Below, one piece after another: positions 54,733-63,129 of a DNA stretch of 64,000 nucleotides; positions within the stretch are counted from its first letter, which is position 1; each line of letters starts with the position of its first letter. A program made the translations under genes and the position numbers. Below the pieces are notes generated by a model. It worked only from the letters and a program-made list of their open reading frames with translations. It was not told where the DNA came from and ran no database searches. The DNA comes from Gammaproteobacteria bacterium. GTDB lineage: Bacteria > Pseudomonadota > Gammaproteobacteria > JABABF01. The stretch is taken from NCBI GenBank assembly GCA_965237805.1, contig OZ250153.1, positions 1,588,382-1,652,381 of the forward strand. Direction: 5' to 3'.

Positions 54733-55005
54733 ATGGGCTGTTACCGCATCAAGCTCGATATGCAGCTGTGCCAAGGGCACGGCGAGTGCGCCGAAGAGGC
54801 ACCGGAGGTCTTCTCGGTGGATTATGAGCGGGGCGGCTACCCCAAGGTCAGGGTGTCGCAGGCCATGCCCGCTGAGCGTTTTCGTGAACAGGTCGAGGCC
54901 GCCGCCAAGTATTGCCCGAACCGGGTCATACAGGTGATTGACCTAGACGATGAGCAGCAGCAATGCACCGATCAGGTCGATCAATCCGGCACCGGCCCTG
55001 GTTGA
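54733..55005 (+). CDS. Small ferredoxin (3Fe-4S type, CxxHxxC...CP), probable P450 redox partner
   Basis: CQGHGEC(31 aa)CP cluster motif, 90 aa. Starts 3 nt after the P450 stop and in the same frame. Confidence 0.8.
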   Translation: MGCYRIKLDMQLCQGHGECAEEAPEVFSVDYERGGYPKVRVSQAMPAERFREQVEAAAKYCPNRVIQVIDLDDEQQQCTDQVDQSGTGPG

Positions 55006-55086
55006 AGCTTGTGGCGATCCCGAGGCGATGATGGAGTGGCATCGCAGCTGGACACGATCTGTCTGTTCTGCGCCGCCAGCTCTGTT

Positions 55087-56055
55087 TTAGTCCACCACCT
55101 CGTAGTCCGCGGGCAGCTGGGGGCGGTAGTGATGCTCGCTCCGCTCCATGCGCTCGCTGACGCTGCGGTGCAACTTGGCACTCTCCGGGATGCGCCGCCG
55201 TCGGCTGCCGCGCGCACGCCACAGGGCTTTGCGCGACTCGTCGTGCTGCTCACAGTGCGGGTTGGCACGATGTTGTCGCATCAATGTCCGGCGATCCAAT
55301 CGCACCCCGCAGGCCAGCGCTTTGCGCGCCATCCATTGCAGCGCCCCGTCGGCCAGCCCACAGGCTTCGTAGCCGCCTCCCACATCCGAATGCGCCCCCG
55401 GGAACCACAGCTGCTCGATAGTCTGTGCGGGCGTTTTGCCGCTCTCATCCCATAGGCAGGGCGGAAAGTCCTTGCGTTTTTCATCGATCGACACGGCGTG
55501 ATAGCCGAAGCACACTGCGGGGTTCAGCGCGTGGTCGTGGAAGCGGTCGCCAGCATTTGCCCGCAGCGATGCCACGGTATCCCAGACGCCGATGAAATAC
55601 ACCGGGCAGGGGCGCGCAAACACCGTCTTGAAGCTGGCCGCGATCGCCGCGTTGTCGGCGGTGTTGTAGAGCTTGCCAGCGTACTCCACCATATTGTCCA
55701 GATCGTCTCGCAACAGCCCTACCTTGTGCAACATGCCAGCCAGTGAGCGCGCGGTGAACGCGCCGCGAGAAAAGCCGAAAAGATAGATGCGATCGTCCGC
55801 CCGATAGTGCCGCATCAAATAGCGGTAGGCATCTTGCACATTTTTTTGCACACCGGCACCGCTGGCTTTGTCCCATGCGCCGCGCAGATTTTGCGTGCTG
55901 TATTCCCAGCCCCCGGTGCCCACGCCCGGATCGTAAAAAGCTAATTGATTGGCATCTTTTTGTAGCAACGAGTACAGCTTGACCACATTGCTGTTGATCG
56001 CGCCGTACTCATTGCCGGTGCCGTCACAACATAGAACGATATTGCGCACGGTCAC
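55087..56055 (-). CDS. DUF2235-domain alpha/beta hydrolase (T6SS Tle1-phospholipase-like fold)
   Basis: N-terminus IVLCCDGTGNEYG...NSNVVKLY, FYDPGVGT, nucleophile elbow FGFSRGAFTARSLAGM, and WFPGAHSDVGGGY. Confidence 0.85.
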   Translation of the reverse strand: MTVRNIVLCCDGTGNEYGAINSNVVKLYSLLQKDANQLAFYDPGVGTGGWEYSTQNLRGAWDKASGAGVQKNVQDAYRYLMRHYRADDRIYLFGFSRGAFTARSLAGMLHKVGLLRDDLDNMVEYAGKLYNTADNAAIAASFKTVFARPCPVYFIGVWDTVASLRANAGDRFHDHALNPAVCFGYHAVSIDEKRKDFPPCLWDESGKTPAQTIEQLWFPGAHSDVGGGYEACGLADGALQWMARKALACGVRLDRRTLMRQHRANPHCEQHDESRKALWRARGSRRRRIPESAKLHRSVSERMERSEHHYRPQLPADYEVVD

Positions 56056-56100
56056 CCTCAGCGTAGCAGTCGGTGGGACGACAGTGCCGACACATCCCCG

Positions 56101-56640
56101 CTAGATGCGGTGCCTGGGGCCACAGCAGTGGCGTGGTTCGCGCAGCTCCTGAGGTGCCTGTGGGCGGCGCAGCTGCAAAGGCTCGCAGCGCCCCCCAGCC
56201 TGTGGGATCAGGATGGCCTCGCTGCGTTCGTGCGGCGTCAATTCCATCAGCGCACCGCTGATCTTGTCTATCCCGGCCATGATAAAGCCGCCGATCATCA
56301 CCATATTGAAGGCGGTGAAGCTCTTGCCGCGGGGGCTGAGCTGGGTGCCGATCTCAAGCTCGACTGGCTCGTGGCAGTCTTTGTAGAGTCGCACGTGCAG
56401 CGCTTGTTTGCGCTTCAGGCGCAGCTGACATGGGGTGGTGCAGCGCTTGCCGTTGGAGAGCAGTGCGGTGGCACCCGCTGGCGCGCTGGTGATGACATAG
56501 TCCTGCCGCGTGCCCAGCGCCAGTGTGCCACAACCGCTGAGCGTCAGCACCGCAACCACAGCCGCCATCGCCATGCGGCGGTGGCCGCCGCTAGGACGCT
56601 GCGGGCGACGGGAGACCGAGACGAATTGCAAGCGCAGCAT
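56101..56640 (-). CDS. Putative lipoprotein with a PEGA-like domain
   Basis: Lipobox AVLTLSGC. YVITSAPAGATALLSNGKRCTTPCQLRL beta-rich domain. Start could instead be ATG at 56574. The C-terminal tail overlaps a 45-nt motif also found at 53225-53275. Confidence 0.55.
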   Translation of the reverse strand: MLRLQFVSVSRRPQRPSGGHRRMAMAAVVAVLTLSGCGTLALGTRQDYVITSAPAGATALLSNGKRCTTPCQLRLKRKQALHVRLYKDCHEPVELEIGTQLSPRGKSFTAFNMVMIGGFIMAGIDKISGALMELTPHERSEAILIPQAGGRCEPLQLRRPQAPQELREPRHCCGPRHRI

Positions 56641-56741
56641 GGCGCAAGATTATAGGCGCAGCGCAGCGCCCCGCGCCGTCAGTCCCCGGGGGCGCCATAG
56701 TAAAATGATTGTTCTGCGTTTTTGTCGCCATCCAGTCCTCC

Positions 56742-57629
56742 ATGCCCGCAGACAAAACCATGAGTGCTGCCGATGTCGTCGCCGAGCTGCGTGACAGCAT
56801 GACCATCGGCATCGGTGGTTGGGGTGGACGGCGCAAGCCGATGGCGCTGGTGCGCGAGATCTTGCGCTCACCACTGCGCGATTTGGAAGTGATCAGCTAT
56901 GGTGGCCCGGAAGTCGGCATGCTGTGCGCGTCCGGCAAGCTGCGCCGGCTGGTCTACGGCTTTGTCTCGCTGGATGTGATCCCACTGGAAGCACATTTCC
57001 GCCGTGCTCGCCAAGCTGGCAAGCTGGCTGTGATGGAGCTCGACGAGGGTCTGGTGCAATGGGGTCTGCGGGCGGCCGCCATGCGCCTGCCCTTCCTGCC
57101 AGCCCGCACCGGCTTGGGCAGTGATCTGATGCGCGTCAACCCGCAGCTGAGCACGGTGCGCTCTCCTTACAGCGATGGCGAGGAGCTGTTGGCCATGCCA
57201 GCGCTGACGCTGGATGTGGCGCTGTTGCATGTCAATCGCGCCGATCGCCGCGGCTCCAGCCAACTGCTCGGCCCCGACCCCTTCTTCGACGAACTCTTCG
57301 CCCGCGCCGCAGCGCGTTGTTATATCAGTTGCGAGTCGCTGGTCGAGACCGGCGATTTCGACAATGCCGAGCAGGCCCGCATCGCGATGCCCATCGAACG
57401 CTCCTTGGTCAACGGTGTCGTCGAGGCACCGTGGGGGGCGCATCCGACTTCCTGCGCACCGCACTATGGCATCGATGTCGCCCATCTCAAGGAGTATTCG
57501 GCCACCGCTGGCGATGACGGGGCTTGGGCGGCGTGGCGACAGCGGTGGATCGACTGCTCGCCAGCGGACTATTTGGCGGCGGCCGGCGGGGCGGAACACA
57601 TCTCCAGCCTGCCGCTGCCGGTGTTTTGA
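56742..57629 (+). CDS. CoA-transferase alpha subunit, IpdA-like
   Basis: DSMTIGIGGWGGRRKPMALVREILRS...LEVISYGGPEVGMLCASGKLRRLVYGFVSLD pattern of IpdA-type class I CoA transferases. Alternative start at 56760. TGATG overlap with the beta subunit. Confidence 0.75.
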   Translation: MPADKTMSAADVVAELRDSMTIGIGGWGGRRKPMALVREILRSPLRDLEVISYGGPEVGMLCASGKLRRLVYGFVSLDVIPLEAHFRRARQAGKLAVMELDEGLVQWGLRAAAMRLPFLPARTGLGSDLMRVNPQLSTVRSPYSDGEELLAMPALTLDVALLHVNRADRRGSSQLLGPDPFFDELFARAAARCYISCESLVETGDFDNAEQARIAMPIERSLVNGVVEAPWGAHPTSCAPHYGIDVAHLKEYSATAGDDGAWAAWRQRWIDCSPADYLAAAGGAEHISSLPLPVF

Positions 57630-58441
57630 TGAACGCCTCCGCACCGCAGGAGCCAGCCCAGAGCAGCCTCAGCGAGCTGTGCATCGCCGCCGCCGCCGAG
57701 GCCTGGCGCGACGATGGCGAGGTGCTGGCCACCGGCATCGGCTTGGTGCCGCGCCTCGCCGCCAGCTTGGCGATGGCCAGCTTCAATCCCGATCTGATGA
57801 TGACCGACGGCGAGGCCTATTTGGTGTCCGAGCCGGTGCCTGTTGGCCCGCGCGGCGACTACCGCCCGCGCATCGAGGGCTGGATGCCCTACGCCCGTGT
57901 CTTCGATAACCTCTGGGGCGGTCGCCGCCACGCCATGGTGATGCCGGTGCAGCTCGACCGCTACGGGCAGAGCAATATCAGCTGCATCGGCGACGACTTC
58001 CAGCGTCCCAAGGCACAGTTGCTGGGCTGTCGCGGCTTTCCCGGCAACACCGTCCACCACGCCAACTCGATGTTCATCCAGCAGCACAACCGGCGCGCCT
58101 TCGTCGCGGGCGAGGTCGATATGGTGGCCGGCATCGGCTACCGGCCCGAGCGCCTGGGCGCAGGCCAGCGCACCTTTGTCGATCTGCGCTTGGTGGTCAG
58201 CAATCTCTGTGTGCTGGATTTTGGCGGTGTCGACCACGCCATGCGTTTGTGCTCGCTCCATCCCGGGGTGGACTTGGCCGAAGTGCTGGACAACACCGGC
58301 TTTGCGCTAGAATGCCCAGAACAGTTGCCGACCACGCCGCTGCCGTCGCCGGAGCAGCTCGAGCTGATTGCCCAGCTCGACCCACACGGCTTGCGCGCAC
58401 GGGTGTGGCCGGATGACCCGCCCGCCGTGCGCGACGACTGA
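57629..58441 (+). CDS. CoA-transferase beta subunit, IpdB-like
   Basis: ATG at 57629 inside ORF 57524..58441, coupled to the alpha subunit. Typical ~270-aa beta subunit. Confidence 0.75.
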   Translation: MNASAPQEPAQSSLSELCIAAAAEAWRDDGEVLATGIGLVPRLAASLAMASFNPDLMMTDGEAYLVSEPVPVGPRGDYRPRIEGWMPYARVFDNLWGGRRHAMVMPVQLDRYGQSNISCIGDDFQRPKAQLLGCRGFPGNTVHHANSMFIQQHNRRAFVAGEVDMVAGIGYRPERLGAGQRTFVDLRLVVSNLCVLDFGGVDHAMRLCSLHPGVDLAEVLDNTGFALECPEQLPTTPLPSPEQLELIAQLDPHGLRARVWPDDPPAVRDD

Positions 58442-58513
58442 AGCGGTGTGCGGCGAGTGCGGTGACGATCAAACAACAACAGCGCCGTGGTGGCGACGCA
58501 GGATAGCAACATC

Positions 58514-59365
58514 ATGACTGACAGTACAACAGAGCAAGGACATCCCTCTTTGGCTGCTCGCACGGCGCTGGTCACCGGCGGCGGCGATGGCATCGGCGGT
58601 GCCATCTCACGGCGCTTGGCAGCTGCCGGTGCCCGCGTGGTCATCGCCGAGATCGACCGCGAGCGCGGCCAGCGAGCGCTGGCTGAGATCGAGGCCAGCG
58701 GCGGCCAAGCGCTGCTCTGTGAGGGCGACATCCGCGATCGCGACACGGTCGCATCCGTCACCCGCCAAGCGCTGGAATACGGCGATGGGGTGGTCGATAT
58801 CTTGATCAACAATGTCGGCCACTACAAGCCCTACAAAGTGTTCGCGCTGTCCGACGAGGACGATTGGGAGACGCAGTACCAGATCAGCTTCCTGCATGTA
58901 TTGCGTTGCACCCGCGCCCTGTTGCCGGCCATGCTGGAGCGCGGTCGGGGTGCTATCGTCAATGTCTCCACCGTCGAGGCCTTCCGCGGCATCCCCGGCA
59001 ATGCCGTCTACTCGGCGCTCAAGGCGGGCTTGGTCAATTTCACCCGCAGCTTGGCGGTCGAGGTCGGCGGCCAAGGGGTGCGGGTCAACGCCGTTGCCCC
59101 CGATCTGACGCACACGCCGCAGACGCCGATGCGCGACTGGCATCCCGACCCGGATATGGTCCGCTGTTGGGTGCCGCTGGGGCGCTTCTCCGAGCCCGAG
59201 GAGCAGGCCGACGCGGTGCTCTTCTTGGCCTCCGATCAGGCGCGTTTTATCACCGGCCAGACCCTGTGCGTCGACGGCGGCACCAGTGCTGCCTCCGGCT
59301 GGTACCGCACCGACCCGAGCCAAGACAAATGGAGCAACACGCCCTATTTTGCGCCGGCGGATTAG
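58514..59365 (+). CDS. SDR family oxidoreductase
   Basis: ALVTGGGDGIGGA and YSALKAGL motifs. ATG at 58514 inside ORF 58487..59365. Confidence 0.85.
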   Translation: MTDSTTEQGHPSLAARTALVTGGGDGIGGAISRRLAAAGARVVIAEIDRERGQRALAEIEASGGQALLCEGDIRDRDTVASVTRQALEYGDGVVDILINNVGHYKPYKVFALSDEDDWETQYQISFLHVLRCTRALLPAMLERGRGAIVNVSTVEAFRGIPGNAVYSALKAGLVNFTRSLAVEVGGQGVRVNAVAPDLTHTPQTPMRDWHPDPDMVRCWVPLGRFSEPEEQADAVLFLASDQARFITGQTLCVDGGTSAASGWYRTDPSQDKWSNTPYFAPAD

Positions 59366-59443
59366 GCCATGTCGCCCGCGTGAGGTGGCATGTAGCGTGC
59401 GATAGCCAGCGAGGGCCAAGTGGCGCGTTGCGGGTGGTGATGG

Positions 59444-60535
59444 ATGCCTACTGAGCCCATCGGGCCGCTGGCCACCCGCGGCTCGGCTTTGCTCGGCTGC
59501 CGTTATCCGGTGGTGCAAACAGCCATGGGCTGGGTCGCCGACGCCGGACTGGTCGCGGCCAGCAGCAATGCTGGTGCTTTTGGCTTCCTCGCCGGTGCGA
59601 CGCTGCCGCCAGCCGAGGTGGAGCGCGAGATCCTGCGGGTGCGCGAGCTCAGCGATCACCCCTTCGGCATCAATTTTCATATGTTCCAGCCCAATGCTGC
59701 GGACATCATCGAGCTGGTCTTGCGCCACCAGCTGCGCGCCGTCAGCTACGGCCGCGCACCGGAGCCCAAGGTCATCGAGCGGTTGCGCGCAGCCGATGTG
59801 GTGTGCATGCCCACCGTCGGCGCATTGCGCCACGCCCAGCGGGCGGTAGAGCTCGGTGCCAATGTGCTGACCGTGCAGGGCGGGGAGGGCGGTGGCCACA
59901 CCGGCGCGGTGGCCACCTCCATCCTGTTGCCGCAGGTCTTGGACGCCTTCGGTGGCGAGCTGCCGATCTTCGCCGCTGGCGGTTTTAGCGATGGCCGCGG
60001 TTTGGCCGCCGCGCTGGCCTGGGGGGCCGACGGCATCGCCATGGGCACCCGCTTTCTGCTGACGCGCGAGAGCCCGGTGCCAGAGCAGACCAAGCAACGC
60101 TATCTGGACTGTGCCGACCCGCGCCAGATGGTGGTGTCCAAGGCACTGGATGGCCTGCCGCAGCGCATGTTGAGCAATCGTATGCTGCGACGTCTCGAGC
60201 GCGGCGGGCCGCTCTATCGCCTGCTGACGGCGGCATCCAGCGCGCTGGCCTACCGCCGCTTCACCGGTGCCTCGCTGGGGCAGCTCTTGTCCATTGCCTT
60301 CTCGGCAGCGCGCAGTGGTGGCGCGGAGGGCATGTCGCAGGCACTGATGGCCGCCAATGCGCCGATGATCATCCAAAAGGCGATGGTCGACGGTGAGCCC
60401 GACGCCGGGGTCTTGCCCGGGGGCCAAGTGGCCGGGCTGATCGACGAGTTGCTGAGCTGCGAGGACTTGTTGCGCGGCATCGTCGATGATGCCGAACGAC
60501 GTCTCGCCGCGCTGGGCGGCGGAGGGCGGCCGTGA
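59444..60535 (+). CDS. Nitronate monooxygenase (NMO/2-nitropropane dioxygenase) family flavoenzyme, IpdC/FabK-like enoyl reductase
   Basis: YPVVQTAMGWV, LTVQGGEGGGHTG and FAAGGFSDGRGLAAALAWGADGIAMGTRFL motifs. Confidence 0.85.
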   Translation: MPTEPIGPLATRGSALLGCRYPVVQTAMGWVADAGLVAASSNAGAFGFLAGATLPPAEVEREILRVRELSDHPFGINFHMFQPNAADIIELVLRHQLRAVSYGRAPEPKVIERLRAADVVCMPTVGALRHAQRAVELGANVLTVQGGEGGGHTGAVATSILLPQVLDAFGGELPIFAAGGFSDGRGLAAALAWGADGIAMGTRFLLTRESPVPEQTKQRYLDCADPRQMVVSKALDGLPQRMLSNRMLRRLERGGPLYRLLTAASSALAYRRFTGASLGQLLSIAFSAARSGGAEGMSQALMAANAPMIIQKAMVDGEPDAGVLPGGQVAGLIDELLSCEDLLRGIVDDAERRLAALGGGGRP

Positions 60536-61698
60536 AGCTGGACTACAGCACCGCGCAGCGCGCCTTCCGTGTTGAGGTGCGCGCTTGGCTGGAGCGCGAG
60601 CTGCCAGCCGAGCCGCTGCCCAGCTTCGACACCGCAGAGGGTTTCGCGGCGCATCGGCAGTGGGAGAAGCAGCTGCACGAGGGGCGTTGGGGGATGGTGA
60701 CCTGGCCCGAGGCCTACGGTGGCCGCGGCGCGGACCTGATCGAATGGCTGATCTTCGAGGAAGAGTACTACCGCGCCGGGGCACCGCTGCGCGTCAATCA
60801 AAACGGCATTTTCCTGCTCGGCCCGACGCTGATGGAACACGGCACTGAGGCACAGCGCAAGCGCTTCCTGCCGCCGATGGCGAGCGGCGAGGCGGTCTGG
60901 GCGCAGGGCTGGTCCGAGCCCAATGCCGGCAGCGATATGGCCGCCATCCGCTGCACCGCAGAGCGCCGTGGCGAGTGCTATGTGCTCAACGGACAGAAAA
61001 CTTGGTCCACCCGCGCCGCTTTTGCCGATTGGCTGTTCGGCATGTTCCGCACCGAGCCCGGCTCCGAGCGCCACCGCGGGCTCAGCTTTCTGTTGGTGCC
61101 ACTCGACGCGCCCGGCATCACCGTGCGTCCGGTGCGCCAGCTCAACGGCCTGCCGGGCTTCGCCGAGATCTTTTTCGACAATGTCGAGTGCCCGGTCGAG
61201 AATTTGATCGGCGCAGAGGGCGGCGGCTGGGCGGTGGCGATGGCCACCGCCGGTTTCGAGCGCGGCCTGATGCTGCGCAGCCCGGCGCGCTTTCAAGAGG
61301 CGGCGCGCCGTTTGGTCGCGCTCTATCTGCGCCACCGTGAGCGGGCCGACCGCGACCCCGCCCTGCGCGGGGCGGTGTTGTCGGCGTGGATGCGCGCCGA
61401 GGCCTACACGCTGGCAACCTATGCCACCGCCTCGCGCCTGCTGTCCGGCGGACGCATCGGCAGCGAGTCCAGCACCAACAAAATTTTCTGGTCGGAGTTG
61501 GATCTCGAGCTGCACGATGCCGCGATGTCCATTCTCGGGGTTCAGGCCGAGCTGCAGGGCTCGGCGGAGGATGCCGTTGCCGACGGCGCTTGGCTGGAGG
61601 GCTTCCTCTTTGCCCAAGCCGGGCCGATCTACGCTGGCACCAACGAGATTCAGCGCAACATCATCGCCGACCGCATGCTCGGTCTGCCGCGCTCATGA
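60532..61698 (+). CDS. Acyl-CoA dehydrogenase family protein (first of an adjacent pair)
   Basis: GTG at 60532 overlaps the NMO stop (GTGA). WAQGWSEPNAGSD and GPIYAGTNEIQRNIIADRMLGLPR motifs. Confidence 0.85.
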   Translation: MKLDYSTAQRAFRVEVRAWLERELPAEPLPSFDTAEGFAAHRQWEKQLHEGRWGMVTWPEAYGGRGADLIEWLIFEEEYYRAGAPLRVNQNGIFLLGPTLMEHGTEAQRKRFLPPMASGEAVWAQGWSEPNAGSDMAAIRCTAERRGECYVLNGQKTWSTRAAFADWLFGMFRTEPGSERHRGLSFLLVPLDAPGITVRPVRQLNGLPGFAEIFFDNVECPVENLIGAEGGGWAVAMATAGFERGLMLRSPARFQEAARRLVALYLRHRERADRDPALRGAVLSAWMRAEAYTLATYATASRLLSGGRIGSESSTNKIFWSELDLELHDAAMSILGVQAELQGSAEDAVADGAWLEGFLFAQAGPIYAGTNEIQRNIIADRMLGLPRS

Positions 61699-61779
61699 TG
61701 GCCATCCGCCGCGCTGTGGGGCGCGTTGCCAGCCGCTGCCGCCTCGTTGTTGCGGTGGCCTAGCGGGGGGAGCGGGGCG

Positions 61780-62856
61780 ATGGATTTCCAATTCAGCGAA
61801 GAGCAGCGCATGTTCGAGCGCAGCCTGCGCGACTTCCTCGCCGCCGAGCTGTCGACCGAGCGCATCCGGGAGCTGTGGGACAGCGCTAGCGGTCGCTGTG
61901 ACAAACTGTGGCGCGGCCTCAGCGAACTCGGTGTGATCGGTGCCTTGGTGCCAGAGGCCGACGGCGGCCTCGGCTTGGACGAGCGCGATTTCGTGTTGAT
62001 GGCGGAGGCCTGCGGCCACGCCGCCCTGCCGGAGCCGCTGGTGGACAGCGCCTTGCTCGCGGCTCCGCTGTTGGCGGCGGCGGGTGGTGAGGCGGCGCAG
62101 CGCTGGTTGCCGCCGCTGCTCAGCGGCGAGGCGCGCGTGGCTGTCGCCACCCCGCTGGATTTGTTGGTGCCAGACGCCGATGTCGCCGCTGCCGTGCTGT
62201 TGGCTGGCGGCTGCGCTGGCGACGACGATGGCGAGCTGCGGCTACTGGCGCTGCCGCCCGCCGCTGGCCTGCGTCGCCAGCACAGTGTGGATCCATCGCG
62301 CCGCCTCTTCAGCCGCGCTCCGCTGGGCGGCGGCGAGTTGCTGGCAATGGGAGACTCGGCGCGGCAGCTGTGGGCGCAAGCCTTGAATCGCGGTGCGCTG
62401 GGCGCGGCGGCACAGCAGTTGGGTGCGGCGGCGCGGATCTTGGAATATGCGGTGGCCTACACCTCCGAGCGCAAGCAGTTCGGGCGCGCAATCGGCTCGT
62501 TTCAAGCGGTGCGCAACCAGTTGGCCGATGTCGCGGTGGCCTTGGAGTTCGCCCGCCCGGTGGTCTATCGCGCCGCCGACAGCTTGGCGCGCGGCGTGGC
62601 GACGGCCGCGCGCGATGTCTCACACGCTTGGCTGGCTGCTGGCGAGGCGGCGCGCATGGCGGCGCGGCACGGCATCCAGTCGCACGGGGCGATCGGCTAC
62701 ACCTGGGAGCTGGACTTGCAGATCTGGCTCAAGCGCATCTGGGTCACGGATGCGCTGTGGGGCGGTCGCGCATGGCACAGTGCGCGACTCGAGGCGGCGG
62801 TATTCGCGCCCGATGCCATGCTCGGCGCGGGCCACACTTTTGATGACGGGGGGTGA
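61780..62856 (+). CDS. Acyl-CoA dehydrogenase family protein (second of the pair)
   Basis: MDFQFSEEQRMF N-terminus (ATG at 61780 inside ORF 61726..62856). ERKQFGRAIGSFQAVRNQLA and HGAIGYTWELDLQIWLKR motifs. The stop codon lies inside the MITE terminal repeat. Confidence 0.85.
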   Translation: MDFQFSEEQRMFERSLRDFLAAELSTERIRELWDSASGRCDKLWRGLSELGVIGALVPEADGGLGLDERDFVLMAEACGHAALPEPLVDSALLAAPLLAAAGGEAAQRWLPPLLSGEARVAVATPLDLLVPDADVAAAVLLAGGCAGDDDGELRLLALPPAAGLRRQHSVDPSRRLFSRAPLGGGELLAMGDSARQLWAQALNRGALGAAAQQLGAAARILEYAVAYTSERKQFGRAIGSFQAVRNQLADVAVALEFARPVVYRAADSLARGVATAARDVSHAWLAAGEAARMAARHGIQSHGAIGYTWELDLQIWLKRIWVTDALWGGRAWHSARLEAAVFAPDAMLGAGHTFDDGG

Positions 62857-63129
62857 TGCCAGCAGCTGGTGTGAATTCTGTCTCCTTTTGATGCTACGGA
62901 AACATGATTCAGCATTCTGCCAATCCACTTCGCCATCAGGCATCAGCGAGAGCAAAATGCAGTATTCTTTGAACCTGCCCTTGCTATGGACAGCCTCAGG
63001 ACAAGGGGCGTGGTGGCGACCTACTTTCGTTGCAGCGTGGGCGCACCGCCTCTATCGGCCACCCAGCCCATGCAATGGTATCGCGTCACATCGTACGGGC
63101 ACTAGAACGGATAGCCTGTCGGCATCACC
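62852..63129. mobile_element. 278-bp non-coding MITE-like element with IS1-type terminal inverted repeats
   Basis: Left end GGTGATGCCAGCAG (62852->). Reverse complement of the right end GGTGATGCCGACAG (63129<-). 12 of 14 positions are identical, including the GGTGATGC that begins the E. coli IS1 inverted repeats. No credible ORF inside. Confidence 0.55.

Noticed and set aside
54727-54790. TGA between P450 and ferredoxin as a selenocysteine codon
   Set aside because: No convincing SECIS-like hairpin appears in the ~40 nt downstream, and the ferredoxin has its own ATG 3 nt later. Treated as an ordinary stop, with read-through only as a hypothesis.
58607-61617. Long minus-strand ORFs 58607..60784 (725 aa) and 60250..61617 (455 aa); similarly 29863..31443, 40023..40976, 56868..57644, 57569..58261 and 38918..39682
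   Set aside because: All are antisense to genes with clear family motifs (SDR, NMO, ACAD, CoA transferase, rmlD). They are Arg/Ala/Gly-rich and typical high-GC shadow ORFs.
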